Source: Alphaproteobacteria bacterium (GTDB lineage Bacteria > Pseudomonadota > Alphaproteobacteria > UBA828). From it: a stretch of DNA of 64,000 nt. Position numbers and translations under genes: made by a program. Within the stretch, counting starts at the first letter, position 1; every line of letters begins with the position of its first letter. Under the pieces are notes generated by a model. The model saw nothing but the letters and a program-made list of their open reading frames with translations. It did no database searches and was not told the origin of the DNA. The stretch covers positions 1,056,001 to 1,120,000 of the forward strand of contig CBDCCI010000002.1 of NCBI GenBank assembly GCA_965214705.1. The letters are read 5' to 3'. Of this stretch, positions 39,980 to 49,521 are shown in pieces.

Positions 39980-42079
39980 ATGGCGAGAATCGGCGTCGAT
40001 GTCGGGGGGACGTTCACCGACCTCATCCTGGAGACGGACGGCGCTGCGAACGACGGCGGCCGGGTCTTCGTGCACAAGGTTCCGAGCACGCCGGAGGACC
40101 AGTCGCGCGGGGTCATCCAGGGCGTCCTCGAAATCTGCTCCGAGGCCGGGGTCGGGCCGGGCGACATCGAGCAGATCGTGCATGGCACGACGATCGCGAC
40201 CAACACGGTGATCGAGTATTCCGGTGCCGAGGTCGGCATGCTGACCACGCGGGGCTTCCGCGACATTCTGCACATGGCGCGGCACAAGCGGCCCCACAAT
40301 TTCTCGGTGCAGTTCGACGTGCCCTGGCAGTCGCGCCCGCTGGTCAAGCGGCGCAACCGCATTCCCATCACGGAGCGCATCCTGCCGCCGGACGGCCGCG
40401 TCGAGGTTGCGCTTGACGAGGACGAGGTGCGTGCTGCCGCCGAGCTCCTGAAGTCGCGCGACGTGGGCTCGGTCATCGTCTGCTTCCTGTTCGCCTTCCT
40501 CAACGACGCGCACGAGCTGCGCGCCAAGGAGATCGTGACGGAGGTAATGCCGGACGCCTACGTCGGCTGCTCCTCCGAGGTGGTTGACGTGATCCGGGAG
40601 TACGAGCGCTTCTCGACGGCGGCGATGAACGCCTTCATCGGCCCGCGCACGTCGTATTATCTGAACAATCTGGCGACGGCGCTGCAGGAGAACGGGGTCG
40701 ATGCCCAGATCCGCGTGATGCAGTCAAACGGCGGCGTGACCACGCTTGCCGGCGCCGCCGAGCGCCCGGTGACCATCCTCATGTCGGGCCCCGCCGGCGG
40801 TGTCGTCGGCGGGCAGTGGGCGGGCGACATGTCGGGCGTCCGCAACCTGATCACCGTCGATATCGGCGGCACCTCGGCGGACATCAGCGTTGTGCCGGAC
40901 GGCAAGGTCCGCATCATGAATCCGCGGGATACACAGGTCGGCGGCTACCCGATCCTGGCTCCCATGATCGACCTCTCGACCATCGGCGCCGGCGGCGGCT
41001 CGATCGCCTACGTCGACGAAGGCGGGGCCTTCCGCGTCGGGCCGCGCTCCGCTGGCGCGGAGCCAGGACCGGCCTGCTATGGCCGCGGCGGCACCGAGCC
41101 AACCGTGACCGACGCCCAGGTGGTGCTCGGCCGGCTCGACCCCGAGCAGTTCCTGGGCGGCGGGCTGGAGATCGACCCGGCGCGCTCGCGCAAGGCGCTG
41201 GAGGACAATCTCTGCGGCCGGCTCGACATGTCGCTCGAGGAGGCGGCGCTCGGCGTGATCCGGGTCATCAACTCCAACATGTCGCTCGCGATCCGCGCCA
41301 ACTCCGTGGCCAAAGGCGTCGATCCGCGGGATTACGCGCTGGTTGCCTTCGGCGGCGCCGGGCCGTTGCACGGCACCGCACTCGCACGCTCGGTCTTCGC
41401 GCGCGAGGTGATCGTGCCGCCTGCGCCGGGGATCAACGCTGCGACCGGGCTGCTCGCGACCGACATGAGCTACGAGTTCACCCGCTCGGTGCTCTGCGTG
41501 CTCACCCAGGCCAGCCAGGACGAGATCGACACGCTCAACGAGCAGACCGACGCCCTCGTGCGGCGCGCGCAGGAGGCATTGGCCGCAGACGGCGTCGCGC
41601 CCGAACACCAGCGGCTCGTCAAGATCGCGGAGTGCCGCTACCAGGGGCAGGGCTTCGAGCTGCGCGGCACCATGCCGGACGGCCCGCTCACGCTCGATAA
41701 CCGGGCGGAGCTTCTCGCGAGCTTCCACGAGCGCCACCGGCAAGATTACGGCCACGCCTTCGAGGACCAGGAGGTCGAGGTCATCACGCTCCGCGTCGTC
41801 GCCTCCGCCGGCATCGGCGCGCTGAGCTGGCCCGAGGCGCCTCAAGGCAGCGGCCACAACCCCGAGGACGCGCTGCTCTACCGCCGCGCGACCACCTTCG
41901 ACGACGGCCAGACCTACGAGACCCCCCGCTTCGACCGGGGCAAGCTCAAGGCCGGCCAGCACATCGACGGACCGGCCATCGTCATCCAGACCGATTCGAC
42001 CACGCTGGTGCCGCCCGGCTACGAGGCGATGGTCGCGCCTTCGGGCAATCTTCACGTCAGGGAGGTCGCCGAATCATGA
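39980..42079 (+). CDS. Hydantoinase/oxoprolinase family subunit A (ATP-binding)
   Basis: GVDVGGTFTD, HGTTIATN, EYERFST, SGPAGG, DIGGTSAD, IGAGGGSIA, GPACYG, FGGAGPLH. Confidence 0.93.
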   Translation: MARIGVDVGGTFTDLILETDGAANDGGRVFVHKVPSTPEDQSRGVIQGVLEICSEAGVGPGDIEQIVHGTTIATNTVIEYSGAEVGMLTTRGFRDILHMARHKRPHNFSVQFDVPWQSRPLVKRRNRIPITERILPPDGRVEVALDEDEVRAAAELLKSRDVGSVIVCFLFAFLNDAHELRAKEIVTEVMPDAYVGCSSEVVDVIREYERFSTAAMNAFIGPRTSYYLNNLATALQENGVDAQIRVMQSNGGVTTLAGAAERPVTILMSGPAGGVVGGQWAGDMSGVRNLITVDIGGTSADISVVPDGKVRIMNPRDTQVGGYPILAPMIDLSTIGAGGGSIAYVDEGGAFRVGPRSAGAEPGPACYGRGGTEPTVTDAQVVLGRLDPEQFLGGGLEIDPARSRKALEDNLCGRLDMSLEEAALGVIRVINSNMSLAIRANSVAKGVDPRDYALVAFGGAGPLHGTALARSVFAREVIVPPAPGINAATGLLATDMSYEFTRSVLCVLTQASQDEIDTLNEQTDALVRRAQEALAADGVAPEHQRLVKIAECRYQGQGFELRGTMPDGPLTLDNRAELLASFHERHRQDYGHAFEDQEVEVITLRVVASAGIGALSWPEAPQGSGHNPEDALLYRRATTFDDGQTYETPRFDRGKLKAGQHIDGPAIVIQTDSTTLVPPGYEAMVAPSGNLHVREVAES

Positions 42080-43848
42080 CCGCCAGCAAGACCGAGGTAG
42101 ATCCGATCACCCTCCAGGTGATCGGCGGCGCACTGCACACGATCGCGAAGGAGATGGGGCATGTGCTCTACCGCATGTCCTATTCGTCGATCATCCGGGA
42201 GTCGGAGGACCTGGGCGCCGGGCTCTTCGACCGCAACTTCAACACGCTCTGCGAATCCGATTCGACGCCGATGCACATCGGCTCGATCCCGGCCTACCTG
42301 CGGGGGATCGACAAAACCCTGCACGACCCGTGGCAGCCCGGCGACATCGTGATCCACAACCACCCCTATTACGGCGCGAGCCACTCTCCGGACATCGCCG
42401 CCGTGGCGCCGGTCTTCTACGAGGGCGAGCTCGTCGGCTTCTCGGCCAACACGGCGCACCACGTGGATATCGGCGCGGCCACGCCCGGCCTCATCATCGA
42501 CGTGCCGGACGTGTTCGCCGAGGGCATGCTGTTCAAGGGCGTGAAGCTCTACGAGGGCGGCGTGCTCAACCGCGCGCTCTGGCAGTTCATCGAGACCAAC
42601 ACGCGGGTCCCGAGCCAGGTGATGGGCGACATCGAGGCCCAGGTTGCCTCCGCCGAGCTGGGCGTGAAGCGCTTCGTCGAGCTGCTAGACCAGCACGGCA
42701 AGGACGTGGTGTTCGCGGCGACCGAGCAGCTCATGGACTATTCCGAGCGCATGCTGCGCCGCCAGATCGCAGCGATCCCCGACGGGGAATACCGGGCCGA
42801 AGGCTTCCTGGACGACGACGGGCGCAACCGGAAGGAGCCGCTGCCGGTCAAGGTCGCGGTGCGGATCGAGGGCGATTCGGCCGAGGTCGACCTCACCGGC
42901 TCCTCGCCGCAGGTGCCGACCGCCTTCAACGTGCCCTTCGAGGGCTCGACCAAGGTCGCCTGCTTCTTCGCCTTCCGCGCGCTGCTTCTCGATACCGCGA
43001 CGATCACCGAGCACGTGCCGCAGAACGAGGGCTCGTTCCGCCCCATCAAGGTAACCGCGCCCAAGGGCACGATCTTCAATCCCGAGTACCCGGCGGCGGC
43101 GGAGGCGCGCTTCAATCAGATCCAGCGCGTGGTGGACTGCATCGCAAAGGCGCTCTCGCCGGTGATTCCCGACAAGGTGACGGCGGGCTCGTCCGCCGAC
43201 GTCTCGGCCATCGCCTATTCGGGCGTCAGGCCCGATGGCAACTACTGGGTCTTCATCGAGGTCAACGAGGGCGCCTGCGGCGGCAGGCCTTATTCCGACG
43301 GGCCGGACACGATCGAGGAGCTGATGCGCAACACGCGCAACAACCCCATCGAGGACCTCGGCATGCACCTGCCGCTGCTGTGCGATCGCTACGAGCTGCG
43401 GGACGACGTGATGCCTGGCGCAGGCCGCCATCGCGGCGGCATCGGCGTGATCAAGGTGCAGCGCTATCTCACGCCGGGCTTTCTTACCCACGAGGCCGAC
43501 CGGCACGACGACCCGCCTTGGGGCTTTCGCGGCGGCACCACCGGCAAGGGCGGGCGCCTCATCAAGTATAACGTCGCGGACCCGGAGCGGGTCGAGGACT
43601 TGCCCGCAAAAATCCACGGGCTGCGCAACCAGACCGGCGATTGCATCGGCTTTCTGGGCCCCTGTGGGGGCGGCTACGGGGATCCGCTTGAGCGGCCGGC
43701 GGAGCAGGTGCGCGAGGACGTGCTCGACGACTTCTGCACCCGTGAACACGCCTATCAGGCGTATGGGGTTGTGCTCACCGAGGCGCTGGACGTCGACCTG
43801 GCCGCCACCGAGGCACGGCGTGCCGAGATGTCGAAGCAGGTGGCTTAG
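42076..43848 (+). CDS. Hydantoinase B/oxoprolinase family subunit B (metal-binding)
   Basis: DPITLQVI, SSIIRESED, HNHPY.GASHSPD, HHVDIG, GRHRGG, GGGYGDPLER. Confidence 0.92.
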   Translation: MTASKTEVDPITLQVIGGALHTIAKEMGHVLYRMSYSSIIRESEDLGAGLFDRNFNTLCESDSTPMHIGSIPAYLRGIDKTLHDPWQPGDIVIHNHPYYGASHSPDIAAVAPVFYEGELVGFSANTAHHVDIGAATPGLIIDVPDVFAEGMLFKGVKLYEGGVLNRALWQFIETNTRVPSQVMGDIEAQVASAELGVKRFVELLDQHGKDVVFAATEQLMDYSERMLRRQIAAIPDGEYRAEGFLDDDGRNRKEPLPVKVAVRIEGDSAEVDLTGSSPQVPTAFNVPFEGSTKVACFFAFRALLLDTATITEHVPQNEGSFRPIKVTAPKGTIFNPEYPAAAEARFNQIQRVVDCIAKALSPVIPDKVTAGSSADVSAIAYSGVRPDGNYWVFIEVNEGACGGRPYSDGPDTIEELMRNTRNNPIEDLGMHLPLLCDRYELRDDVMPGAGRHRGGIGVIKVQRYLTPGFLTHEADRHDDPPWGFRGGTTGKGGRLIKYNVADPERVEDLPAKIHGLRNQTGDCIGFLGPCGGGYGDPLERPAEQVREDVLDDFCTREHAYQAYGVVLTEALDVDLAATEARRAEMSKQVA

Positions 43849-43863
43849 AGCGGGGAAGGTCGC

Positions 43864-44649
43864 CTAGAGGCGGAAGCGGTCGCCGAGGTAGACGCGCCGA
43901 ACCTCGTCGTGTGAGACGATGTCCGAGGGCGCGCCCTCCATCAGCACGGCGCCCTCGTTGATGATGTAGGCGCGGTCGCAGATGTCGAGCGCCTCCCGCA
44001 CGTTGTGGTCCGTCAGCAGCACGCCGATGCCGCGGTCCTTGAGGTGGGCCACGAGGTCGCGAATTTCCGCGACCGCGATCGGGTCAATTCCCGATAACGG
44101 CTCGTCCAGCAGGACGAAGCGCGGCTTCGAGGCGAGAGAGCGGGCGATCTCGACGCGCCGGCGCTCGCCGCCCGAAAGCGCGAGCGAAGGCGTGCGCCGC
44201 AGATGGGTGATCGAGAACTCCGCCAGCAGCTCGTCGAGCACGAGCTCGCGCTCGTCGCGCGCCGGCACGGAAACCTCCAGCACGGCGCGGATGTTGTTCT
44301 CGACCGTGAGCCCGCGAAAGATCGAGGCCTCCTGCGGCAGGTAGCCGAGGCCGAGGCGGGCGCGGCGGTACATGGGAAATCCCGTGATGTCGTGCCCGTC
44401 GAGGAAGACACGGCCGTAGTCCGCCGCCATCAAACCGGTCATCAGGTAGAAGCAGGTGGTCTTGCCCGCACCGTTGGGGCCGAGCAGGCCGACCGCCTCG
44501 CCGCGCTGGACCGTCAGGCTGAGGCCCCGCAGCACCGGCCGCTTCTTGAAGCTCTTTCCCAGGTTCTCGGCGCGCAGGCCCGGATTGCCGGCAAGGACGA
44601 CCGGAGTCGCCGAGCCTCCCGCGGTGCCGGCGGTAGTGGGCCGTGTCAT
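43864..44649 (-). CDS. lptB: LPS export ABC transporter ATPase
   Basis: GPNGAGKTT, GYLPQEASIFR, LSGGERRRVEIAR, LDEP..GIDP, TDHNVRE, VYLG. Confidence 0.96.
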   Translation of the reverse strand: MTRPTTAGTAGGSATPVVLAGNPGLRAENLGKSFKKRPVLRGLSLTVQRGEAVGLLGPNGAGKTTCFYLMTGLMAADYGRVFLDGHDITGFPMYRRARLGLGYLPQEASIFRGLTVENNIRAVLEVSVPARDERELVLDELLAEFSITHLRRTPSLALSGGERRRVEIARSLASKPRFVLLDEPLSGIDPIAVAEIRDLVAHLKDRGIGVLLTDHNVREALDICDRAYIINEGAVLMEGAPSDIVSHDEVRRVYLGDRFRL

Positions 44650-44678
44650 GCGGCGATCACCTCTACGCCCTGCACGCG

Positions 44679-45263
44679 TTACTCTCCTCGGTCCTCGGGC
44701 ACGAACAGGCCTTGCACGCGCGTGCTGCCGCCGGAGACCCGGCTGACCCCGGATTCCAGGTCCATCGTCAGCGTCTCACCCCTGACGATGTTGTTGCCCC
44801 GATTCAGGACCACGCCGCCGGCGAGATCGATGCGGCCGTTCTCGACGTCATAGACGCCGCGCTGACCCTGTGCCGTCTCGTCCGGCGACGAGACGACGAC
44901 ACTGCCCTCGGCATCGATGCGCGAAACTCCCAGATTGCCTTGGCCGCCCTCGACATCGCGGTAGTAGACGGTGAGCATGTCCGCGTTAAGCACCATCTCG
45001 CCCTGAACGGCCTTCACATCACCCTCGAAGATTGCGACGTTCTCCGACTGACGCACTTCGAGTGTATCCGCGGTGATTTCGATCGCCTGGCTGGCCTCGT
45101 TTGTACCGCCCGCTGCGTCGTCCGAGTCCTGTGCCGCTCCCACCCCAGCCAGCATGACCGCGGCTGCGAGAGTGGACGCGAGCAGACCGAGCCGCCACGG
45201 TCGCCACGCCGATCCCTGCCGGCTAACCCCGGCCTTCATCGCCTTGCTTCCCCAAAGCGTCAT
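44679..45263 (-). CDS. lptA: LPS transport periplasmic protein LptA
   Basis: Signal peptide and OstA-type jellyroll (IEITADTLEV...FEGDVKAVQG...RVQGLFVP); SD GAGG before ATG 45263. Confidence 0.9.
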   Translation of the reverse strand: MTLWGSKAMKAGVSRQGSAWRPWRLGLLASTLAAAVMLAGVGAAQDSDDAAGGTNEASQAIEITADTLEVRQSENVAIFEGDVKAVQGEMVLNADMLTVYYRDVEGGQGNLGVSRIDAEGSVVVSSPDETAQGQRGVYDVENGRIDLAGGVVLNRGNNIVRGETLTMDLESGVSRVSGGSTRVQGLFVPEDRGE

Positions 45264-45951
45264 CGCTTCCTCCCAGCGCATCCGGGTACAGGGTCATCCG
45301 CACCCGGCCACCGAAGGTCATGACCTCTCCCCGGTCCCGGAGCGCGAAGTTGCCGGCGTCCAGCAGCCCGTGTGGGCCCGTGCCGCTCACCGGCTCGTCG
45401 CCCTTCGCGGTTCCCGCCGGCAGGTCGACATGGGCCTTCGAGGTGCGGAACTCGTGACCCGCGTCGGAGCGAACCGTCACGTCGCCGCTCAGGTCCAGCC
45501 GCTCGGCGTCGCGTTGGTAGATGCCCTCGTTCGCCGTCAGCGCCAGCAGGCCGCTCCGTGCCGGATCGCCGAAAATATCGGCCTCGATCTCGCTGAGATG
45601 CACGATCGGCGAATCGCGTTCCGGCTGGAACGCCTCCGCTCCCCTCACGGCGAAAGGCCGGTTCTTCGCATCGGTTCCCTGATAGCTGGCATTGACCATC
45701 GTCAGGCGGCCGTCGATTTCGGGATCCTCGGTCAGGGGAATGTGGACGCCTTCCTCCCCGCCGCTCACCAGTGGCCATGCCACGACGAGGCCGAGGAGAG
45801 CCGCGGCCATCGCCGGCAGCAGGTAGCGCATGAGGCCGACGAAGCCGCTGTAGCGGCCGGGGCGCGCCACGTCACCGCCATCCGCACGGTAGTGCCGGAG
45901 CCGGCCTGACGGCGCGGTATCGCTCGGCCCTCTGCCCGGTCCCGCGCTCAT
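45223..45951 (-). CDS. lptC: LPS export protein LptC
   Basis: RYSGFVGLMRYLLP TM, YQGTD..RPF, GDEPVSG.GP.G, FGGRVRMTL; between kdsD and lptA. Confidence 0.87.
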   Translation of the reverse strand: MSAGPGRGPSDTAPSGRLRHYRADGGDVARPGRYSGFVGLMRYLLPAMAAALLGLVVAWPLVSGGEEGVHIPLTEDPEIDGRLTMVNASYQGTDAKNRPFAVRGAEAFQPERDSPIVHLSEIEADIFGDPARSGLLALTANEGIYQRDAERLDLSGDVTVRSDAGHEFRTSKAHVDLPAGTAKGDEPVSGTGPHGLLDAGNFALRDRGEVMTFGGRVRMTLYPDALGGSDDALGKQGDEGRG

Positions 45952-46940
45952 GCCAGGCCCGCCCGCAGGCAGTCGTGGATATGCACCGCGCCGATGGGCC
46001 GCTCCCCTTCGATTACGAAGAGGCTGGTGATCTGGCGCTGGTTCATGAGGTGCACGGCCTCCGCGCCGAGCGCTCCGGCATGAATCGTTACCGGATCGCG
46101 CGTCATGAGCTCGGAGACCGGCTTCTGCAGGAGGCCGGCGTCCATGTGGCGTCTGAGATCGCCGTCGGTCACGATGCCGACCAGCGCGCCGCGCGCGTCG
46201 GTCGCGCCGACGCAGCCGAGGCGCTTCGCCGTCATCACGATGAGCGCCTCCGCCATCGCCGTTTCGGCGGGAACGAGCGGCAGAGCGTCACCCGCATGCA
46301 TGATGTCGGCGACCCGGACCAGCCGCCGGCCGAGCTTGCCTCCGGGGTGATAGAGGCTGAAGTCCTCGGCCGTGAGACCCTTGCGCTCCAGCAAGGCAAC
46401 CGCAAGCGCATCGCCCAGCGCCAGCATCATGACGGTGGACGTCGTCGGCGCCAGTCCCAGTGTGCCGGCTTCCGGCTCGTCGGGCAGGACGAGCGCGACG
46501 CTGGCCGCATCGGCCAGCGTGCTCGGCGCCCGGCCCACGATGGCGATGAGCGGGATGTGGAAGCGTGTGGCGTAATTGACGAGATCGGCGAGTTCCGGCG
46601 TCTCGCCCGAGTTCGAGAGCATTAGCAGCGCGTCCGCCTCGGTGATCATGCCGAGGTCGCCGTGGCTCGCCTCCGCCGGGTGGACGAAGAGCGCCGGCGC
46701 CCCGGTCGAGGCGAAGGTTGCCGCGATCTTGTTGGCGATGTGGCCGCTCTTGCCCATGCCGGAGAGCACGATCCGCCCCCGCGTGGCGGCCAGCAGCTCC
46801 GTCGCCTCGACGAATCGGCCGGTCAGCGCCTCGGCGAGCCGCGCGAGCGCGCGCGACTCCTGGGCTACCACCCGGCGTGCGGCGGCAAGGTCGTCATGCT
46901 CGATCACGTCGAGCGCGGCGGATGCAGCGGTCGGACTCAC
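45948..46940 (-). CDS. kdsD: Arabinose-5-phosphate isomerase (KpsF/GutQ family, SIS plus CBS domains)
   Basis: GMGKSGHIA, HPAEASHGDLG, SNSGET, APTTST, HPGGKLG, TDGDLRR. Confidence 0.95.
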   Translation of the reverse strand: MSPTAASAALDVIEHDDLAAARRVVAQESRALARLAEALTGRFVEATELLAATRGRIVLSGMGKSGHIANKIAATFASTGAPALFVHPAEASHGDLGMITEADALLMLSNSGETPELADLVNYATRFHIPLIAIVGRAPSTLADAASVALVLPDEPEAGTLGLAPTTSTVMMLALGDALAVALLERKGLTAEDFSLYHPGGKLGRRLVRVADIMHAGDALPLVPAETAMAEALIVMTAKRLGCVGATDARGALVGIVTDGDLRRHMDAGLLQKPVSELMTRDPVTIHAGALGAEAVHLMNQRQITSLFVIEGERPIGAVHIHDCLRAGLA

Positions 46941-46992
46941 TGAATTCGAATTTTGTTCAAATCAAGGCAAGCATGATGCGGGCGCGGCCTCA

Positions 46993-47052
46993 CGTCAATG
47001 TATTGTGCCGGTCTTGTGGTCGTTCAACGGAGGACAACGCAACATATTGTAT
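46993..47052. promoter_or_regulatory. Pair of NrdR-box-like palindromes in the kdsD/bioB divergent region
   Basis: CGTCAATGTATTGTGC (46993-47008) and ACGCAACATATTGTAT (47037-47052). Confidence 0.45.
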
Positions 47053-47181
47053 GCCGAAGGCGGCATGGCGGTTGGTCGCACGTGGCACCCGGTGCGCACG
47101 GCGACTCGATCGGTCGGCATTCCTTGACCCGGTGGCGGGCGGGCCTATCCTGCGCCGGTCGAGGGCCGGAGACCAGCGATC

Positions 47182-48177
47182 ATGGAAACAGTCGAGGCGA
47201 TCGGCGCGGACGCGCCGCCGAGGGCTGCGCCCGCGCTCAGGCATGACTGGTCCGCGGCGGAGGTCGAGGCGCTGCTGGCGCTGCCCTTCGCCGAGCTGAT
47301 GTTCCGCGCGCAGACCGCCCATCGCCGCCACTTCGACCCGAACCAGGTGCAAATGTCGACGCTCTTGAGCATCAAGACCGGCGGCTGCCCCGAAGACTGC
47401 GCCTACTGCCCGCAGAGCGCGCGCTACGACACCGGGCTCGAAGCGGGCAAGCTGATGTCTCGCGACGAGGTGCTGGCCGAGGCCCGGCGCGCGCGGGATG
47501 CCGGCGCCACCCGCTACTGCATGGGCGCCGCCTGGCGCAGCCCAAAGGACCGCGACCTAGATGCGGTGGCCGAGATGGTTTCGGGCGTCAAGGCGCTCGG
47601 CATGGAGACCTGCGTCACCCTCGGCATGCTGAGCGCACCCCAGGCGGCCCGCCTCGCCGATGCCGGCCTCGACTACTACAACCACAACCTCGACACCTCC
47701 GAATCCTTCTACGGCGAGATCATCACCACGCGCACCTACCAGGACCGGCTCGAGACCCTGGGCCATGTGCGCGATGCCGGCATCAACGTCTGCTGCGGCG
47801 GCATCGTCGGCATGGGCGAGTCGCGCCGCGACCGCGCGGACATGATCGCGACGCTTGCGAGCCTTCCGTGCCATCCCGAGAGCGTGCCCATCAACATGCT
47901 GGTGCAGGTCGAGGGTACGCCGCTCAACGGCACGGACGCGCTCGATCCCTTCGAGTTCGTGCGCACGGTAGCGGTGGCGCGCATCACCATGCCGGGCTCG
48001 GTGGTGCGGCTCTCCGCCGGGCGCGAGCAGATGTCGGACGAGATGCAGGCGCTGGCATTCCTCGCCGGCGCCAACTCGGTGTTCGTCGGGCCCGAGCTGC
48101 TCACGACGCCCAATCCCGGCCGCGAACGCGACACGCAACTCTTCGCCCGCCTCGGCATCGCGCCGATGCCGGCCTAG
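47182..48177 (+). CDS. bioB: Biotin synthase
   Basis: [55 protein letters not shown]. Confidence 0.97.
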   Translation: METVEAIGADAPPRAAPALRHDWSAAEVEALLALPFAELMFRAQTAHRRHFDPNQVQMSTLLSIKTGGCPEDCAYCPQSARYDTGLEAGKLMSRDEVLAEARRARDAGATRYCMGAAWRSPKDRDLDAVAEMVSGVKALGMETCVTLGMLSAPQAARLADAGLDYYNHNLDTSESFYGEIITTRTYQDRLETLGHVRDAGINVCCGGIVGMGESRRDRADMIATLASLPCHPESVPINMLVQVEGTPLNGTDALDPFEFVRTVAVARITMPGSVVRLSAGREQMSDEMQALAFLAGANSVFVGPELLTTPNPGRERDTQLFARLGIAPMPA

Positions 48178-48225
48178 GCCGCGGGCGGGCTATCGCTCGC
48201 CGTTGCGCGCCGCACCCCCGATGAC

Positions 48226-49509
48226 ATGACCGTGCCGTCGGCGCCCGACTGGCTCACCGAGGGCTACGGCCACGTCTGGCTGCCCTACACCCAGATGGCG
48301 AGCGTGCCGCCGCCGCTGCCGGTGGCCGAGACCAGGGGCACGCGCATCGTCCTCACCGATGGCCGCGAGCTGGTCGACGGCATCGCGTCGTGGTGGACCG
48401 CCTGCCACGGCTACAACCACCCTCACATCCGCGCCGCCGTTGCCGAGCAGCTGGAGCGCATGCCCCACGTCATGTTCGGCGGCCTTGCCAACGAGCCTGC
48501 GCTCAGGCTGGCACGCCGGTTGGCTGGGATGCTCCCCGATCCGCTCAGCCGGGTGTTCTTCTCGGAGTCGGGCTCGGTGGCGGTGGAGATCGCGCTCAAG
48601 ATGGCGCTGCAGTACTGGCTCAACCAGGGGGTGCGTGGGCGCCACCGCTTCGTGAGCTTCCAGGGCGCCTACCACGGCGACACCTTCGCCGCGATGTCGG
48701 TGTGCGACCCCGAGGAGGGCATGCACAGCCTGTTCGCGGGCGCCCTGCCCGAGCAGCACGTCGTGCCCCTGCCCCGGGATGAAGCGGGCATTGCCGCCTT
48801 CGACGCCTACCTCGCCCGCAACGGGGAGGACGTAGCGGCGGTCATCGTCGAGCCGCTGGTCCAGGGCGCGGGCGGGATGCGCTTCCACGCGCCCGAAACG
48901 TTGCGCGCGCTGCGCACGGCCTGCGACAGGCACGGCCTGCTGCTCATCGCCGACGAGATCATGACCGGGTTCGGCCGTACCGGCACGCTCTTCGCCTGCG
49001 AGCAGGCGGACGTGGTGCCGGACATCGTCACCCTTTCCAAGGCGCTCACCGGCGGCACCATGGCGCTGGCCGCGACCGTGGCGAGCGAGCAGGTGTTCGA
49101 GGCCTTCCTGTCGGACGACCCCGACGCCGCGCTCATGCACGGGCCGACCTTCATGGCCAATCCCCTGGCCTGCGCCGCCGCCAACGCCTCCCTCGACCTG
49201 TTCGAGCGCGAGCCCCGGCTCGCCCAGGCGCGCGCCATCGAAGCCCACCTTACCGCCGCGCTGGAGCCCGCGCGGGGGCTGCCCGGCGTGGTCGACGTCC
49301 GGACGCGAGGCGCGATCGGCGTCATCCAGCTCGACGACATGAGCCGCATCGACTGGCTCAAGGCCCGGTTCGTCGACGCCGGCGTCTGGGTCCGGCCCTT
49401 CGGCGATATCGTCTACGTGACCCCCGCGCTCACCATCGACGAGGCCGACCTCACCCGCCTCACGGACGCGCTGATCGACGTCGTCACGGCGTGGTCAAGG
49501 GAGCGTTGA
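48226..49509 (+). CDS. bioA: Adenosylmethionine--8-amino-7-oxononanoate transaminase
   Basis: WLPYTQM, DGIASWW, SGSVAVEIALKMA, YHGDT, QGAGGM, DEIMTGFGRTG, KALTGG, HGPTFMAN. Confidence 0.96.
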   Translation: MTVPSAPDWLTEGYGHVWLPYTQMASVPPPLPVAETRGTRIVLTDGRELVDGIASWWTACHGYNHPHIRAAVAEQLERMPHVMFGGLANEPALRLARRLAGMLPDPLSRVFFSESGSVAVEIALKMALQYWLNQGVRGRHRFVSFQGAYHGDTFAAMSVCDPEEGMHSLFAGALPEQHVVPLPRDEAGIAAFDAYLARNGEDVAAVIVEPLVQGAGGMRFHAPETLRALRTACDRHGLLLIADEIMTGFGRTGTLFACEQADVVPDIVTLSKALTGGTMALAATVASEQVFEAFLSDDPDAALMHGPTFMANPLACAAANASLDLFEREPRLAQARAIEAHLTAALEPARGLPGVVDVRTRGAIGVIQLDDMSRIDWLKARFVDAGVWVRPFGDIVYVTPALTIDEADLTRLTDALIDVVTAWSRER

Positions 49510-49521
49510 CGCGCCCAAGCC

